This document shows positions 50,808 through 61,900 of a stretch of 64,000 bases of DNA, piece by piece (positions within the stretch are counted from its first letter, which is position 1; every line of letters begins with the position of its first letter). The DNA is taken from the NCBI GenBank assembly GCA_050251875.1, contig JBFWMA010000004.1:128001-192000 (forward strand), written 5' to 3'. A model generated the notes under the pieces. The model did no database searches. It was not told where the DNA came from and saw only the letters and a list, made by a program, of their open reading frames with translations. The DNA comes from Deferribacterales bacterium (GTDB taxonomy: Bacteria; Chrysiogenota; Deferribacteres; Deferribacterales; Geovibrionaceae). A program made the position numbers and the translations under genes.

Positions 50808-51011
50808 ATGCAGGAAAAAGTTTTTAACGTACAAGGGATGAAATGCAAACACTGTGTAATGAGTGTTACCGAGGCGGTAGAAGAGCTCGATGGAGTGGAA
50901 TCAGTCTCCGTTGATCTGGAAAAAAAGACTGCGACAGTAAAGTTTAACGATTCCGTTTCTGAAACGGACATCATAAACGCAATCAAAGAAGAGGGCTTTC
51001 AGGCTTCATGA
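50808..51011 (+). CDS. copZ: Heavy-metal-associated (CopZ-like) chaperone
   Basis: VQGMKCKHC, 67 aa; ATG 50808 after GGAGG. Confidence 0.88.
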   Translation: MQEKVFNVQGMKCKHCVMSVTEAVEELDGVESVSVDLEKKTATVKFNDSVSETDIINAIKEEGFQAS

Positions 51012-51949
51012 AAATTTTTAAAGACAATACTTTATCCATAGGACGCACTCCGCTGGTAAAACTCAACAATATTGAGGGAGCGGACGGCAATAATATTTTT
51101 CTCAAAATCGAGGGGAGAAACCCCGCCTATTCCGTTAAATGCCGGGTGGGGGTGTATATCATATCCGAGGCGGTCAAAAACGGTCAGCTGAAAAAAGGCA
51201 TGACGGTGATAGAGGCGACCAGCGGAAACACAGGCATCGGGCTTGCCTTCGCCGGAGCGGCGCTCGGCTATCCCGTGAAGATTGTGATGCCTGAGACCAT
51301 GAGCATGGAGCGCAGGCAGATGATGCAGGCGTTCGGCGCTGAGCTCATCCTGACAGAAGGAGCCAAAGGCATGGCGGGAGCCGTGGCAGAGGCGGACAGA
51401 ATGCTGGCGGAGCATCCGGATAAATATTTTCTGGCGAACCAGTTCCGCAATCCGTCCAACCCTCTGGCGCATGAGATGACAACCGGACCTGAGATTTTTG
51501 AGGATATGGACGGAAAGGTAGATGTTTTTGTGTCTGCCATAGGCACGGGCGGCACTATCACCGGTGTTTCCAGATATCTGAAAAAGAGACTGCCTTCAAT
51601 GATTTCTGTGGGTGTGGAGCCTCTTAACAGCCCCGTCATAACACAGAAGCTGAACGGCGAGCCTCTGAAACCTTCGCCCCACAAAATTCAGGGGATCGGG
51701 GCGGGATTTATTCCCGATGTGCTCGATCTGAGTCTTGTGGACGGGATGGTGAGGGTGGCTGACGATGACGCCATTAACCACGCCAGAATGTTGGCGAAAG
51801 AAGAGGGCGTTATATGCGGCATATCCTCCGGAGCGGCTGTTTGCGGCGCGCTGACATATCTGAGAGAAAACGGACTGAAAGATAAAAACGTAGTTGTGAT
51901 ACTCGCCGATTCCGGCGAGAGATATCTCAGCTCCGGACTTTTCGCTTAA
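51008..51949 (+). CDS. cysK: Cysteine synthase A
   Basis: IGRTPLV, NPAYSVKCR, ATSGNTG, GTGGT, HKIQGIGAGF, DSGERYLS. Confidence 0.95.
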   Translation: MKIFKDNTLSIGRTPLVKLNNIEGADGNNIFLKIEGRNPAYSVKCRVGVYIISEAVKNGQLKKGMTVIEATSGNTGIGLAFAGAALGYPVKIVMPETMSMERRQMMQAFGAELILTEGAKGMAGAVAEADRMLAEHPDKYFLANQFRNPSNPLAHEMTTGPEIFEDMDGKVDVFVSAIGTGGTITGVSRYLKKRLPSMISVGVEPLNSPVITQKLNGEPLKPSPHKIQGIGAGFIPDVLDLSLVDGMVRVADDDAINHARMLAKEEGVICGISSGAAVCGALTYLRENGLKDKNVVVILADSGERYLSSGLFA

Positions 51950-51955
51950 ACAATT

Positions 51956-51980
51956 AAGGCGGTCATCTGACCGCCTTTTC
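51956..51980 (+). terminator. Rho-independent terminator after cysK
   Basis: AAGGCGGTCA-tc-TGACCGCCTT followed by TTC. Confidence 0.8.
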
Positions 51981-51991
51981 TTATTATATCT

Positions 51992-52075
51992 CTCCCTCCT
52001 TTTATAAAGGAGGGTTGGGGTGGATTTCTTCTTTTAAGAAATCTCCCCTATCCCCTCTTTGCCAAAGAGGGGGAT
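51992..52075. repeat. REP-like inverted doublet of palindromic units
   Basis: Unit 1 CCCTCCTTT-tat-AAAGGAGGG-TTGGGGTGGATTT; unit 2 on the opposite strand CCCCTCTTT-ggc-AAAGAGGGG-ATAGGGGAGATTT. Confidence 0.7.
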
Positions 52076-52081
52076 AAGTCA

Positions 52082-53698
52082 TCATATCTTGAACTGTTTC
52101 GCTATGTCGTCCATAGTGTCGGCGTGTCCCTGAAGGCTGACGGACGTTCCCGCTATGATCTGCACAGCGGAACTGCTCTCCTGTATTCCCTGTGATATCT
52201 CCTGTATGCTCTGGTTGATGTTGGCTGTCGCCATGCTAGATTCACGCATAGCTATGGACAGGTTGTCCTGCTCGCTCTTTATGGCGGCTATCTGTGTGTC
52301 GATCTCGCCGAATTTCTCCTGCATGGAAGCCATCAGCGCCACTCCCTCGTCCACCTTCACTACGGACTGGTTCATATTGGTGTGGGCGCTGGCTGTCTTG
52401 GTCTGGAGAGTCTGCACTATGGAGCCGATCTCCTGTGTGGAGCTCTGGGTGCGCTCTGCCAGCTTGCGCACTTCGTCAGCCACCACGGCGAATCCTCTTC
52501 CGTGTTCCCCGGCTCTGGCGGCTTCTATGGCGGCGTTCAGCGCCAGAAGGTTAGTCTGGTCGGCTATGTCGTTTATGGTCTGTATTATCACGCCTATCTC
52601 TTCAGACGAGTTTATCAGTTCCTGCATTATGGCGGACAGTTTTGTGTTTTCGGTCTTGATCTCGGTCACTTTGCCGGATACGGACGCCAGCTCGCTTTTT
52701 ACCTCGCTGTTGGCTTCCGATGTCATGTTGATGGTGCGGGTCATAGTCTCCAGCCTGTCCATGATGTCCTGAGCGGTGGTGACCATCTCTTCCACAGCGG
52801 ACGCTATGCTGTTTATCTGTCCGGACTGCTCGCTGAATGTGCTGGAAAACTCCTCTGAAGCGGCGGACAGATCGCCTGACTGCTGGTTTACCTGTTCGGC
52901 GGCTGTCTGGATGGAGGACACCAGTCCACGCAGTTTATCGAAAAACATGTTAAAGCTGACGGTCAGGTCGCCTATCTCGTTCTTTTTGGCGTAGTCTATT
53001 CTGACCCTCAGGTCGCCTGTGGCTCCTGTGGTGAAGTTGTCTCTGAACATAGTCAGCGGGCGGGTGGTGGCTCTGCTGATTATCATGCCCAGAAACAGCG
53101 AGATGCCTATGGATATCGCCGCCATTATGATGGAGGCGTATGTGATTTTTGTCTCCGAGCTGTAGATGGTGTGCATGTATTGTGCCATCTCGGCTCTGTG
53201 CTCGTCCACAATCTCCGCCAGATTCTCGTCCAGAGCGGCGGCGTACGGGTCGAATTTTCCCATGAATTCGTTCCCTTTTTCAGGACCGTCACTGACGTAT
53301 ATATGCGCCATTTCCACGCCGACATTATAGAAATCGTCAAGCTGACGGTTCATTTTATTCAGCCTGTCGGTCATTTCCGGCTCGTCTTTGTGGTTGCTAA
53401 TTATCTGAGACAACAGGTCTTTTGATTGTTTATAATATCCTTCAGCCTCTTTCAGCCCGTCATCATATCCTTCCGCTCCTCTGGTGGCGGATATGTCGGT
53501 TAACCATTGCTGAATCTGGATGATGTATGTTTTCAGTGTAAGAAAATCCAGCGTATCTCTTGTTATTTCATTCTTCAGGAGCTCTATGTCGTTCTTGGAG
53601 CGGACAGAGTTCACTATGCTGAAGACACTTTGTATTGTAATTAATAATGAAATAAAGAGAAAGCCAAAAGTGATGTATTGCTTGATGGTAAGTCTCAT
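52082..53698 (-). CDS. Methyl-accepting chemotaxis protein
   Basis: TM - periplasmic helical sensor ([14 protein letters not shown]) - TM - HAMP - [38 protein letters not shown]. Confidence 0.96.
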   Translation of the reverse strand: MRLTIKQYITFGFLFISLLITIQSVFSIVNSVRSKNDIELLKNEITRDTLDFLTLKTYIIQIQQWLTDISATRGAEGYDDGLKEAEGYYKQSKDLLSQIISNHKDEPEMTDRLNKMNRQLDDFYNVGVEMAHIYVSDGPEKGNEFMGKFDPYAAALDENLAEIVDEHRAEMAQYMHTIYSSETKITYASIIMAAISIGISLFLGMIISRATTRPLTMFRDNFTTGATGDLRVRIDYAKKNEIGDLTVSFNMFFDKLRGLVSSIQTAAEQVNQQSGDLSAASEEFSSTFSEQSGQINSIASAVEEMVTTAQDIMDRLETMTRTINMTSEANSEVKSELASVSGKVTEIKTENTKLSAIMQELINSSEEIGVIIQTINDIADQTNLLALNAAIEAARAGEHGRGFAVVADEVRKLAERTQSSTQEIGSIVQTLQTKTASAHTNMNQSVVKVDEGVALMASMQEKFGEIDTQIAAIKSEQDNLSIAMRESSMATANINQSIQEISQGIQESSSAVQIIAGTSVSLQGHADTMDDIAKQFKI

Positions 53699-53803
53699 AA
53701 ATCAACCTCCAAGATTTAACTTGAATAATATAAAATTAAGCCCTGAAAATTGATAAGTCAATGCAAATAGATGACAAATATCGTGAAGAGGTAGGCAGAA
53801 GGG

Positions 53804-55570
53804 TTATCTGAAAAGACCGGAATAGCGTTCAGTTCTCTTTTTCAGACAATTTTTGACAGCTTTTTCAGAAGAGATGACAGTCAGCCGAGTTTTGGCTCTG
53901 GTGACGGCGGTGTAGAACAATTCTTTTGTTATGACGGGGCTGTCCTCCTCCGGCAGGATGAAAACCACATGGTCGAACTCAGACCCCTGACTCTTATGCA
54001 CTGTCATAGAGAACTGAGGCGTCCACGAAGGCAGACGCATCACGGATATCGAGCGGGTCTTGTCCTCTTCCCTGAACCAGGCTCTCAGCCCGTCTCCGCT
54101 CAATATCACGCCTGTTGTGCCGTTCAGCAGATTCAGGCTGTAGTCGTTTTCGGTTATCATCACGGGCAGACCGTGAAAATATTTTTTCGTGTTGTCTATC
54201 AGACGTTTCTGATAGAGAGTGTTCAGGGTCAGGGCGTTGATGCCCTCAGTGCCCAGAGCCCCCTTCACATGGGGTGTGAGTATGGAGAAAGACGAAACCT
54301 GCGCCAGAGCGGCTTCAGCGTTATGTTCCTGAGATATCTTTGTGAAATAGTCCACGGACATCTCTTTTATTCTGTCGGTAAACCTGTCTGATAAATCTAT
54401 AAAATCTATCTGATCGGATGTGTCGTTCCTCAGAACGTCAATGGCTGATGCCGTGTCGCCGTCCCGGCATGCCTTCGCCAGAAGCCCTATGCCTTTGGTG
54501 TCGTCAAAGCGCCTGCTCTTTTTCAGCTGTATGGTGATATCCGTGAGTTTTTCGGCTGTGGAGTCCGCTTTTACAGGGGTTTCTGCGCAGTACGCCATCA
54601 GTTCCGCCGTGCTTTCCGTGAAAACGTCCGGATCGGCTGCGGAGCATATGTCGCCCAGCACGGAACCAGGCTGAACAGACGCCAGCTGGTCTTTGTCCCC
54701 CAGCAGAATCAGTCTGCCGTCCTTCTTCATAGCCTGCGCAAGAACGGACATCAGACGGATATCCGCCATAGACGCCTCGTCCGCCACCACTATGTCATAC
54801 GGCATGGGATTTTCGGCGCCGTATCCGCCCAGCTCGCTGTTTCCTGTCATTTTCAGCAGACGGTGCAGGGTGAGCGCCTTCTGCGGGATTCTCTCTATGA
54901 ATGACTCTGAGGAGTATTTTTCCATATTTTCACGGATACTGTCGGTCAGCCTCGCCGCCGCCTTGCCCGTGGGGGCGCAGACGCCTATGGACAGCGGTTC
55001 TTCGGACAGCTCGGACAGCATAGCCAGCACACGGAACACCGTTGTGGTCTTTCCGGTGCCGGGACCTCCGGAGATCACGCAGAATTTTCTGAGGCATGCG
55101 TTCAGCGCCGCCGCCTTCTGCATGTCCTCTCCCGCCCCGAAATATTTTGTCAGCAGGTTTTTCAGCCTGTCTCTGTCATAGCGGTATTGCGCTCCGGCGC
55201 AGTCTGTGATGTATTTTGCCACGTTCTTTTCGTGCAGATAAAATGCCTTCAGATAGAGCCTGACCCCGTCCTGTATTATGGGGGCGCTCATGGATGTGCT
55301 GTCTGATACGGCTCCGATATCTCTCAGTTTTTTGATGTTCTCTCCGCCGAAACATTCGTCCAGCTCCACCTGAAATCTTTCGTAGAAAGGCAGAGCGGAC
55401 AGCCTGTCCGTGCGCAGGCAGGTGTGCGCCGATGACACGGCGTAGAACAGCACGGCATAGAACAGCTCCTGTCCGTCCGCCCTGAACACCTGCGTCATGT
55501 GTCCGGCGAACTGGATGTCTATATCACGCAGAAATTTTTCTTCGTATAGGGTGTTTAATATATCCGTCAT
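53804..55570 (-). CDS. recD: Exonuclease V alpha subunit
   Basis: GGPGTGKTT, APTGKAAARL, DEASM, GDKDQL, TVHKSQGSEF, YTAVTRAK. Confidence 0.95.
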   Translation of the reverse strand: MTDILNTLYEEKFLRDIDIQFAGHMTQVFRADGQELFYAVLFYAVSSAHTCLRTDRLSALPFYERFQVELDECFGGENIKKLRDIGAVSDSTSMSAPIIQDGVRLYLKAFYLHEKNVAKYITDCAGAQYRYDRDRLKNLLTKYFGAGEDMQKAAALNACLRKFCVISGGPGTGKTTTVFRVLAMLSELSEEPLSIGVCAPTGKAAARLTDSIRENMEKYSSESFIERIPQKALTLHRLLKMTGNSELGGYGAENPMPYDIVVADEASMADIRLMSVLAQAMKKDGRLILLGDKDQLASVQPGSVLGDICSAADPDVFTESTAELMAYCAETPVKADSTAEKLTDITIQLKKSRRFDDTKGIGLLAKACRDGDTASAIDVLRNDTSDQIDFIDLSDRFTDRIKEMSVDYFTKISQEHNAEAALAQVSSFSILTPHVKGALGTEGINALTLNTLYQKRLIDNTKKYFHGLPVMITENDYSLNLLNGTTGVILSGDGLRAWFREEDKTRSISVMRLPSWTPQFSMTVHKSQGSEFDHVVFILPEEDSPVITKELFYTAVTRAKTRLTVISSEKAVKNCLKKRTERYSGLFR

Positions 55571-58500
55571 CTTCCCGTCACCGCTTTTTCCATTTCCGTG
55601 ATGATTCTTTCGGGCGGTCTGTGGGCATATACGCCGTTTTTACCGCCGCTCTCAACACCCCGCATAAAGACGTATATTCCGCCGCCCATGTGCTGTTCAT
55701 AGCTGTAGCCGGGCAGGGTGTTTTTCAGGTGCATGTGCAGAGCCAGAGTATAGAAATAGAGCTGGAGATAATAGTGGCTCTTCATCATCTCATCGTGCAT
55801 GCGCTCCGTGCTGTAGAGATCAGCGGAACCGCCCAGATGGTTTGATTTCCAGTCCAGAATATAATATTTTCCGTTCAGACAGAAGATCAGGTCGGCAAAA
55901 CCTGTGAGAAATCCGTTTCCGGATGTGAAATCCAGAACGGAACAGGCGGAGGCGAAATCTTCCATGCCCCCTTCGCCGATTATCCGAGACAGACTGTCCG
56001 ATCTGAAAACGTCCGAGCGGATGTGGAACTCCATTTCATGCACATAGTCGCTGATACCGTTCAGACAGATTCCGTCCGTCAGTTCAGCGGTCAGTATGTT
56101 TTTCAGCGTCTGTGTGACAGCCGGAACGAAGCGCTGGTCGAAGGAGTATTTCTCCAGTTTTTCCGTCACTACATTTTTTATCAGTTCCTCTGAAACGCTC
56201 TCCAGAGGGATGTTCTCCATACATTCGTGAAGACAGCTTCCCGCTTTCGCACCTTTCGGAAAGGAGAAAATATCATATCCGGCAGTCTTTTCATCCGTCT
56301 GCGGAACAAACTGTTCCGTGTCTCTGGCGGATGATGTGCTGTGTATCAGCGCCGAAAAGCTGTTGATGCGCCATGGCGATGGTATTTGCCCGCCGAAGTC
56401 TCTGTTTTCTCTGGTGATGCCGGATGACGGCGGGGTATAGCGGATGGGCTCCAGCACGGGCTGGCTCTCTGTGTTTATCAGAGTGCATCCGGAGAAAAAA
56501 CTTTTAAAATTATCAGGGTTCGGTTTCTCCTCACCCTTGTTTATCAGATAGTTAAGGGCTGTGGATTTTCCGCTTTTCGCTGAGCCCCATGATGTGTAGC
56601 ACAGAGCCTTTGCCCGGGTGAGAGCAACGTATGTGATCCGCAGATCCTCCGCCAGCTCTTCGTGGGCGGCTTTTCCGGCGGATGTTTCGTCCTTTTTCAA
56701 ATCTATCACCAGCTCTTCGTCATCATCGTGATATTCCGGAAAGTCGTCCCCTCCGCCGCCGTGTCCGAATTTCAGAAACGGAGCGAAGACTATGTTGTAT
56801 TCCAGCCCTTTGCTTTTGTGTATGGTGGTGATGGTTACGGCGTTTTCGTCACTGTCCATCTTCAGCTGATAGTTTTCTGATTTCGGGTCGGAGTTCTCTA
56901 TCTGGTCGGTGAACCATGTGAAAAGCTGTGACGGGGACGCCTTCGTCTTCGCCTCCTGCTTCTGCGCCAGCTCCACCAGATGTATCATATTTGTCAGTTT
57001 TCTTTCGCCGTATACGGTCTCCGCCAGCCGTCTGTAGAGTCCGGTCATTTTCGCCGCACGGAAAAACATTGGGGCTATTCCGCCGGAGTGAAAAATATCG
57101 GATAATGTGAGAAAATCCTCGAAAACACGTTCCCATTCGCCTGTTTCCGCCATATCCGCCAGAGTTTTGGCATCATAGCCGAATATGTCGGATGCCAGAG
57201 CGCTTCTCACCGCTCGTTCGCTGTAGGGTGAAGCGGCGGCGGCTATCAGCCTCGCCATCTCGTGCGCCTGAAGGGTTTTGAACACGCTCTCCGAGCCGGT
57301 TATCACGCAGGGGATGGAGTATCTTTCCAGATGATCCCGAACGGTCTTTGCCTGGTCTCCGCTGCGGGTCAGAACGGCGAAGTCGGACGGGCGGACGGGT
57401 CTTTCCGTGCCGTCATTTATCACGGCTCTGTGGTTCAGCAGGCGGGATATTTCATATGCCGCCGCCTGTGCCGTCTGGTCTTTGTCTGCGTCTGCGCTCT
57501 GCCACATTGTCATGGGTTTCAGTGTCTCTCCGCCCACGCTCACCTTTATGCTCTTTTTGCTGGTGGAGGGGTTGTAGCGCACCCTGTCTATCAGGAACGA
57601 AGCCTCTCTGCTGAATATATGGTTTACCGTGTCCACCAGCCCGCTGTCGGAGCGGTGGTTTTCTGTCAGTGTTATGGCGTCTCTGCCTATGGAGGCTTTC
57701 AGATAGGTGTAGATGTCAGCCCCGCGGAAAGAATATATCGCCTGTTTCGGGTCGCCTATCATGAAGAACGGCTTGCCACGTTTTCCAAAAGATTCGTTAA
57801 AAATCTCATACTGGTTGGGGTCTGTGTCCTGAAATTCGTCTATGAGGGCGGCGCTGTATCTGCGCAGCAGGCTTTTTACCATCTGGCTGTTCTCTTCGGT
57901 GACGGCGTTTCTCATACGGATTATCAGGTCGCTGTATGACTGGCTGTTGACTCTCAGCTTGTATTCGTCCAGAACCCTGTCGCCGTATTCCTTCAGCCTC
58001 ACGAGCATAGCCGTGCGGAAATCCTTCGCCGTTTCGGCGTAGGCTTCATATGCCTCTGCCCAGAGCTGAACAGCGGCGAAAAGAGGATGCTCTGGTGTGG
58101 GGAAATTCTTTTTCACTCCGCTCGCCACATAGTCTTTCGTCAGCAGGATCATATAGTTGGCGGTTGTTCTGGCTGTGTATGTGTGGTCGTCTGCGTTTAT
58201 CTGTTCGATGAGCCCTGTCAGAACGTTTCTGACGGAGTCCTCTTTATATTTATTGCCGTTCATGGGCGAGCCGCCCGCCGGAAAAAGGAGCGTGAAGACG
58301 GATAATATATCATCGGCGGAAAAACTTTTTATCACTGCGAATGCTTGTTTCAGATTTTTCAGACTGTCGGCTATGCCGCTCTCAGATATTTGAGGAGCGT
58401 TTATTATTTTCGCTGAGGGGTTGTTCTGTGTATGCACCAGAAATTTCAGAAAAGTTTCCGGTGAATCTTTTACAAATATTTCGGCGGTGTCTTTCGGCAG

Positions 58501-58992
58501 GGCATAGATATATTTCCGCCAGAAATCACGCACGGGAGTCAGCAGGAGTTCTTTCATGTCTCCGGTCATCTCCGTGTCGTAGGCGATGCGCCCGCTGAAA
58601 GAGTTTTCGGTGAGCATCCTCTGACAGAAACCGTGTATGGTGAAGATGCTGTTCATGTCGAAATCACGGATGGCGGTGTTCAGCCTGCCAATGGCTGTTT
58701 CCTTTTCATCCGGATGGGCGGAGATGTATTTTTGTGTAAAGCTGTCCGTGGAGCTTCCGTTCTCGAACCCGTCTTTCAGCTCGGTGAGCCTGCCGTATAT
58801 TTTTGCCCGGAGGTCGGACACAGCCGCCTTGGTGAATGTCACCACCAGAATCTGTTCTATGGGTATGCTCCGCTCGATGATCATGCGGGCGGTGAGCGCA
58901 GTGATAGTGTATGTTTTTCCGGTTCCGGCGTTGGCTTCTATCAGATTGGTTCTGTCCAGCGGACAGGTGAGCAGTTCGATCTCTTTACTCAT
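55567..58992 (-). CDS. recB: Exonuclease V beta subunit (helicase-nuclease)
   Basis: IEANAGTGKT, TIHGFC, IDEFQDT, GDPKQAIYSFRGAD, TIHKSKGLEY, nuclease GFADL...LDWKSN; ATG 58992 preferred. Confidence 0.95.
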   Translation of the reverse strand: MSKEIELLTCPLDRTNLIEANAGTGKTYTITALTARMIIERSIPIEQILVVTFTKAAVSDLRAKIYGRLTELKDGFENGSSTDSFTQKYISAHPDEKETAIGRLNTAIRDFDMNSIFTIHGFCQRMLTENSFSGRIAYDTEMTGDMKELLLTPVRDFWRKYIYALPKDTAEIFVKDSPETFLKFLVHTQNNPSAKIINAPQISESGIADSLKNLKQAFAVIKSFSADDILSVFTLLFPAGGSPMNGNKYKEDSVRNVLTGLIEQINADDHTYTARTTANYMILLTKDYVASGVKKNFPTPEHPLFAAVQLWAEAYEAYAETAKDFRTAMLVRLKEYGDRVLDEYKLRVNSQSYSDLIIRMRNAVTEENSQMVKSLLRRYSAALIDEFQDTDPNQYEIFNESFGKRGKPFFMIGDPKQAIYSFRGADIYTYLKASIGRDAITLTENHRSDSGLVDTVNHIFSREASFLIDRVRYNPSTSKKSIKVSVGGETLKPMTMWQSADADKDQTAQAAAYEISRLLNHRAVINDGTERPVRPSDFAVLTRSGDQAKTVRDHLERYSIPCVITGSESVFKTLQAHEMARLIAAAASPYSERAVRSALASDIFGYDAKTLADMAETGEWERVFEDFLTLSDIFHSGGIAPMFFRAAKMTGLYRRLAETVYGERKLTNMIHLVELAQKQEAKTKASPSQLFTWFTDQIENSDPKSENYQLKMDSDENAVTITTIHKSKGLEYNIVFAPFLKFGHGGGGDDFPEYHDDDEELVIDLKKDETSAGKAAHEELAEDLRITYVALTRAKALCYTSWGSAKSGKSTALNYLINKGEEKPNPDNFKSFFSGCTLINTESQPVLEPIRYTPPSSGITRENRDFGGQIPSPWRINSFSALIHSTSSARDTEQFVPQTDEKTAGYDIFSFPKGAKAGSCLHECMENIPLESVSEELIKNVVTEKLEKYSFDQRFVPAVTQTLKNILTAELTDGICLNGISDYVHEMEFHIRSDVFRSDSLSRIIGEGGMEDFASACSVLDFTSGNGFLTGFADLIFCLNGKYYILDWKSNHLGGSADLYSTERMHDEMMKSHYYLQLYFYTLALHMHLKNTLPGYSYEQHMGGGIYVFMRGVESGGKNGVYAHRPPERIITEMEKAVTGR

Positions 58993-61900
58993 CCACATGC
59001 TCCTGACATCCGCCCAGAATTATTTCAGAATATTTTGCCAGCTCTTCTGGCATCTCTCTGTCTTTGAAACAGATGGAGAACGACATATCGTTCTTTATGC
59101 CGGAATAGTTGTCTTTTGTGATGAATTTCAGCTTTTTGTCTCTGTATTTTATCAGTTCCGCGCCGTCTGACGGGTGGAAATACAGTGGCTCGCTCTGACC
59201 GGAGATAAAGAGCTTTTTCAGCGCCTTAAGGTATTCTGACGGGTCGAGAGGTTTCAGCCTCAGCTCGCCTTTTTTGGTTATGACGGATGTGACCGTCTCT
59301 GTTTGCGTGTTCAGCATCAGGTGGCGTATCCACGCTCTTATGAAATCTTTTGGTTTCAGGCTTCCGGTCTTTATGTAGGCGTGCCGTCCGTTCAGGGTGT
59401 TCTGCACTCTGCCGGAGATGCTCAGCCCGTCTATGACGGCGGATATATCCAGATATCCGGTGCCTTCGGGCATCGCCTTTTCTGCGGTCTTTGCCATCTT
59501 CGCTCCGGCGGCGGCGATGTTTTCGTAATAATATTCTCCCAGTCCGCCGGACGGGAGTCTGCCGGAGGCGGCGGCGTATCTCAGCGATATGTCAGGTCGC
59601 CCGCTTCTCAGGGCGCATTTCAGAGCGTCATCCTCCAGCATATATTTTTGCAGGTGGTTCAGGTTCATCCTCTCGGTCTCGGTCAGCAGTTCCGCCGAGA
59701 TGTTGGGGTCTGTGCCCAGTGTGTTTCTCAGAAAATATTCCGGCGGATTTATAAAAAATCTCTCGAAAGACGCGATGTCCACGGAGATTACGGGTTCTGA
59801 CGATATGGAGCCGGGGCAGAATACGCCTGTGGTTTTGGCGCCTGTCAGGGCGCATGCCGCTGTGTATCTGTCCGGGCTGTATGTGCAGAGTCCTGTGTCG
59901 TCTGTGAAATACTGCCTGCTGAAGCTGTGCAGTCTGTGCTGTGTCACGGGTTCTTTTATGCCGAATCGGCCGCTGATGTGGCGGAGGAGCTCGGTTATCA
60001 GGATGGAGGGAACCATCTCTTTGTTGTCTGTTTCGCTTCTGCCTATGTAGCTCAGATACAGCTTTTCCTGAGCGCTGATTAATGTCTCCAAAAACAGATA
60101 TTTATCACTGTCACGCTGATTCCTGTCGCCTTTTTTCGGGTGTTTCGCCATGAGGTCGAACTCCAGAGCGGTCTTGACCCGTGGAAAGGTGGCGTCATTA
60201 AGCCCCAGAATGCATATGACCCTGAAGGGGATGCTCCGCATGGGGAGCATGGCGCAGAAGGTGATTTTTCCGGTGATGAACCCTTTGTTTCCGCTGGCTT
60301 CGGATAACATTCCGCTGAGCGTTTCGTATATCGGGCGGAAGCCGACCGGTTTTTTCAATCCGGAAGTCTGGCTGTTTATATCCTCTATCAGTCCCGTCAT
60401 ATATATCAGGTCATCGGCGTGCGCCGGAGAACTGTTCAGAAAATCGTTCATGATATCGGTCAGCACGGCGCAGTGTTCCTCCGCCGGAACCGTTCTTTTC
60501 AGTAGTTTTCGATATCTGGCGCACAGCTCTGTGAAGCGCATGACACCGCCCAGTTTCTCCGCCAGAGAGAAGGGGACGTCATCGCCTGACGCCTCGGAAT
60601 AGATATATCCGGAAGTGCCCTCCGCCAGACCCAGAGCTATCCGGCGCATGGCGTGTTCGAAGGTGAAGGGGGTTTCGGATGTCACTCCGTCCTCTCTCAG
60701 CTCTTCGTCCGTCAGCCCGAACAGTGCGCTGTTTCTTTCCAGCACGGCTCCTATGTCTTCGTTGCCCGTGAGTCCGAATTTCGAGGCGACTATCTCCTCC
60801 GACAGCAGTTTCATCACGGACGACAGGCTGAACTGTCCGGTGACGGTATCCAGCAGGTCTATGAATATTCCCGCCGGACGGCTGGTCTGTTTATAGGGCA
60901 TGTCCGCCAGAGTGTAGGGCATGGCGGTCTCTGCGCTGTATGGGTTGTCGAACACAGCCCTTATGTACGGGGCGTATGTCTGTATGTCTGTTGTCATCAC
61001 CAGAATGTCTGACGGCTTCAGAGCGGCGTCATTATCAAACAGGCTGAGCAGATGGTCGTATAGCGCCTCTGTCTCACGAAGGGGGTTGTGACAGCTCGCC
61101 ACTGTGACGGATGTGTCTCCGGTCTCCGGCGTGAAGGGCTGTTGTTTCAGAGTGAATATCTCTGCCTGTATGGCGCTCAGAACGCTGTCTGACGATGGTG
61201 TGGAATAGTTTTCTATGTAATGTGCGCTGTCAGCCGTGCTGAGAAGTATATCGAAAAAGTCTCTGCCCAGCGTGCCGAGATTGTCCAGCAGAGGGTGGTT
61301 CTGCCTCAGCATAAGCTCATCCGCCGGACGTCCGGAGCGTTTCTCCCGTCTGCTGATCTCTCTGTCGCTGACGCTGTCGCCCCAGTATTCTTCCGTGGGG
61401 CTCAGCAGATAGAAGCTGATGTTTGTGAATTTCGCCGCTTGAGCGAGTATCTCTATGAAAAATTCCGGAATCACGCTGATTCCGAAGACGTGTATGTCTG
61501 TCATGCCCGTCAGTTCCGCTTTGCCTTCGGTCATGCTTCTGAGCATTTTGTCCAGAACGTATGTCTTGCACCTGCTCTTTGCGCTGAAGACGCTTCTGAA
61601 GAGGTTCGCCTGCCACTTTTCATCGTCTTTGTCCATGTGGGGGCTGTTCAGCCAGCGGAGGGTCATCTCCGGGCGGTAGAGTTGATATTGGTCGAATATA
61701 TCGGCTATTCTGCCCGCCAGACGGAATGTCTTTATGCTGTCCGGATCGTTTTCCAGATATTTTATGACGGGGCGGTTGTATTCTGTGGCGGGGATGCTCC
61801 CCAGTTCGTCAAAAATCTTCCACGTCAGCTCCTGTTTCTCTGTCCACAGGTCTTTTCTGCCTGTGTGTCTCTCCGCCATACGCTTTATGAGGGCGGCTGG

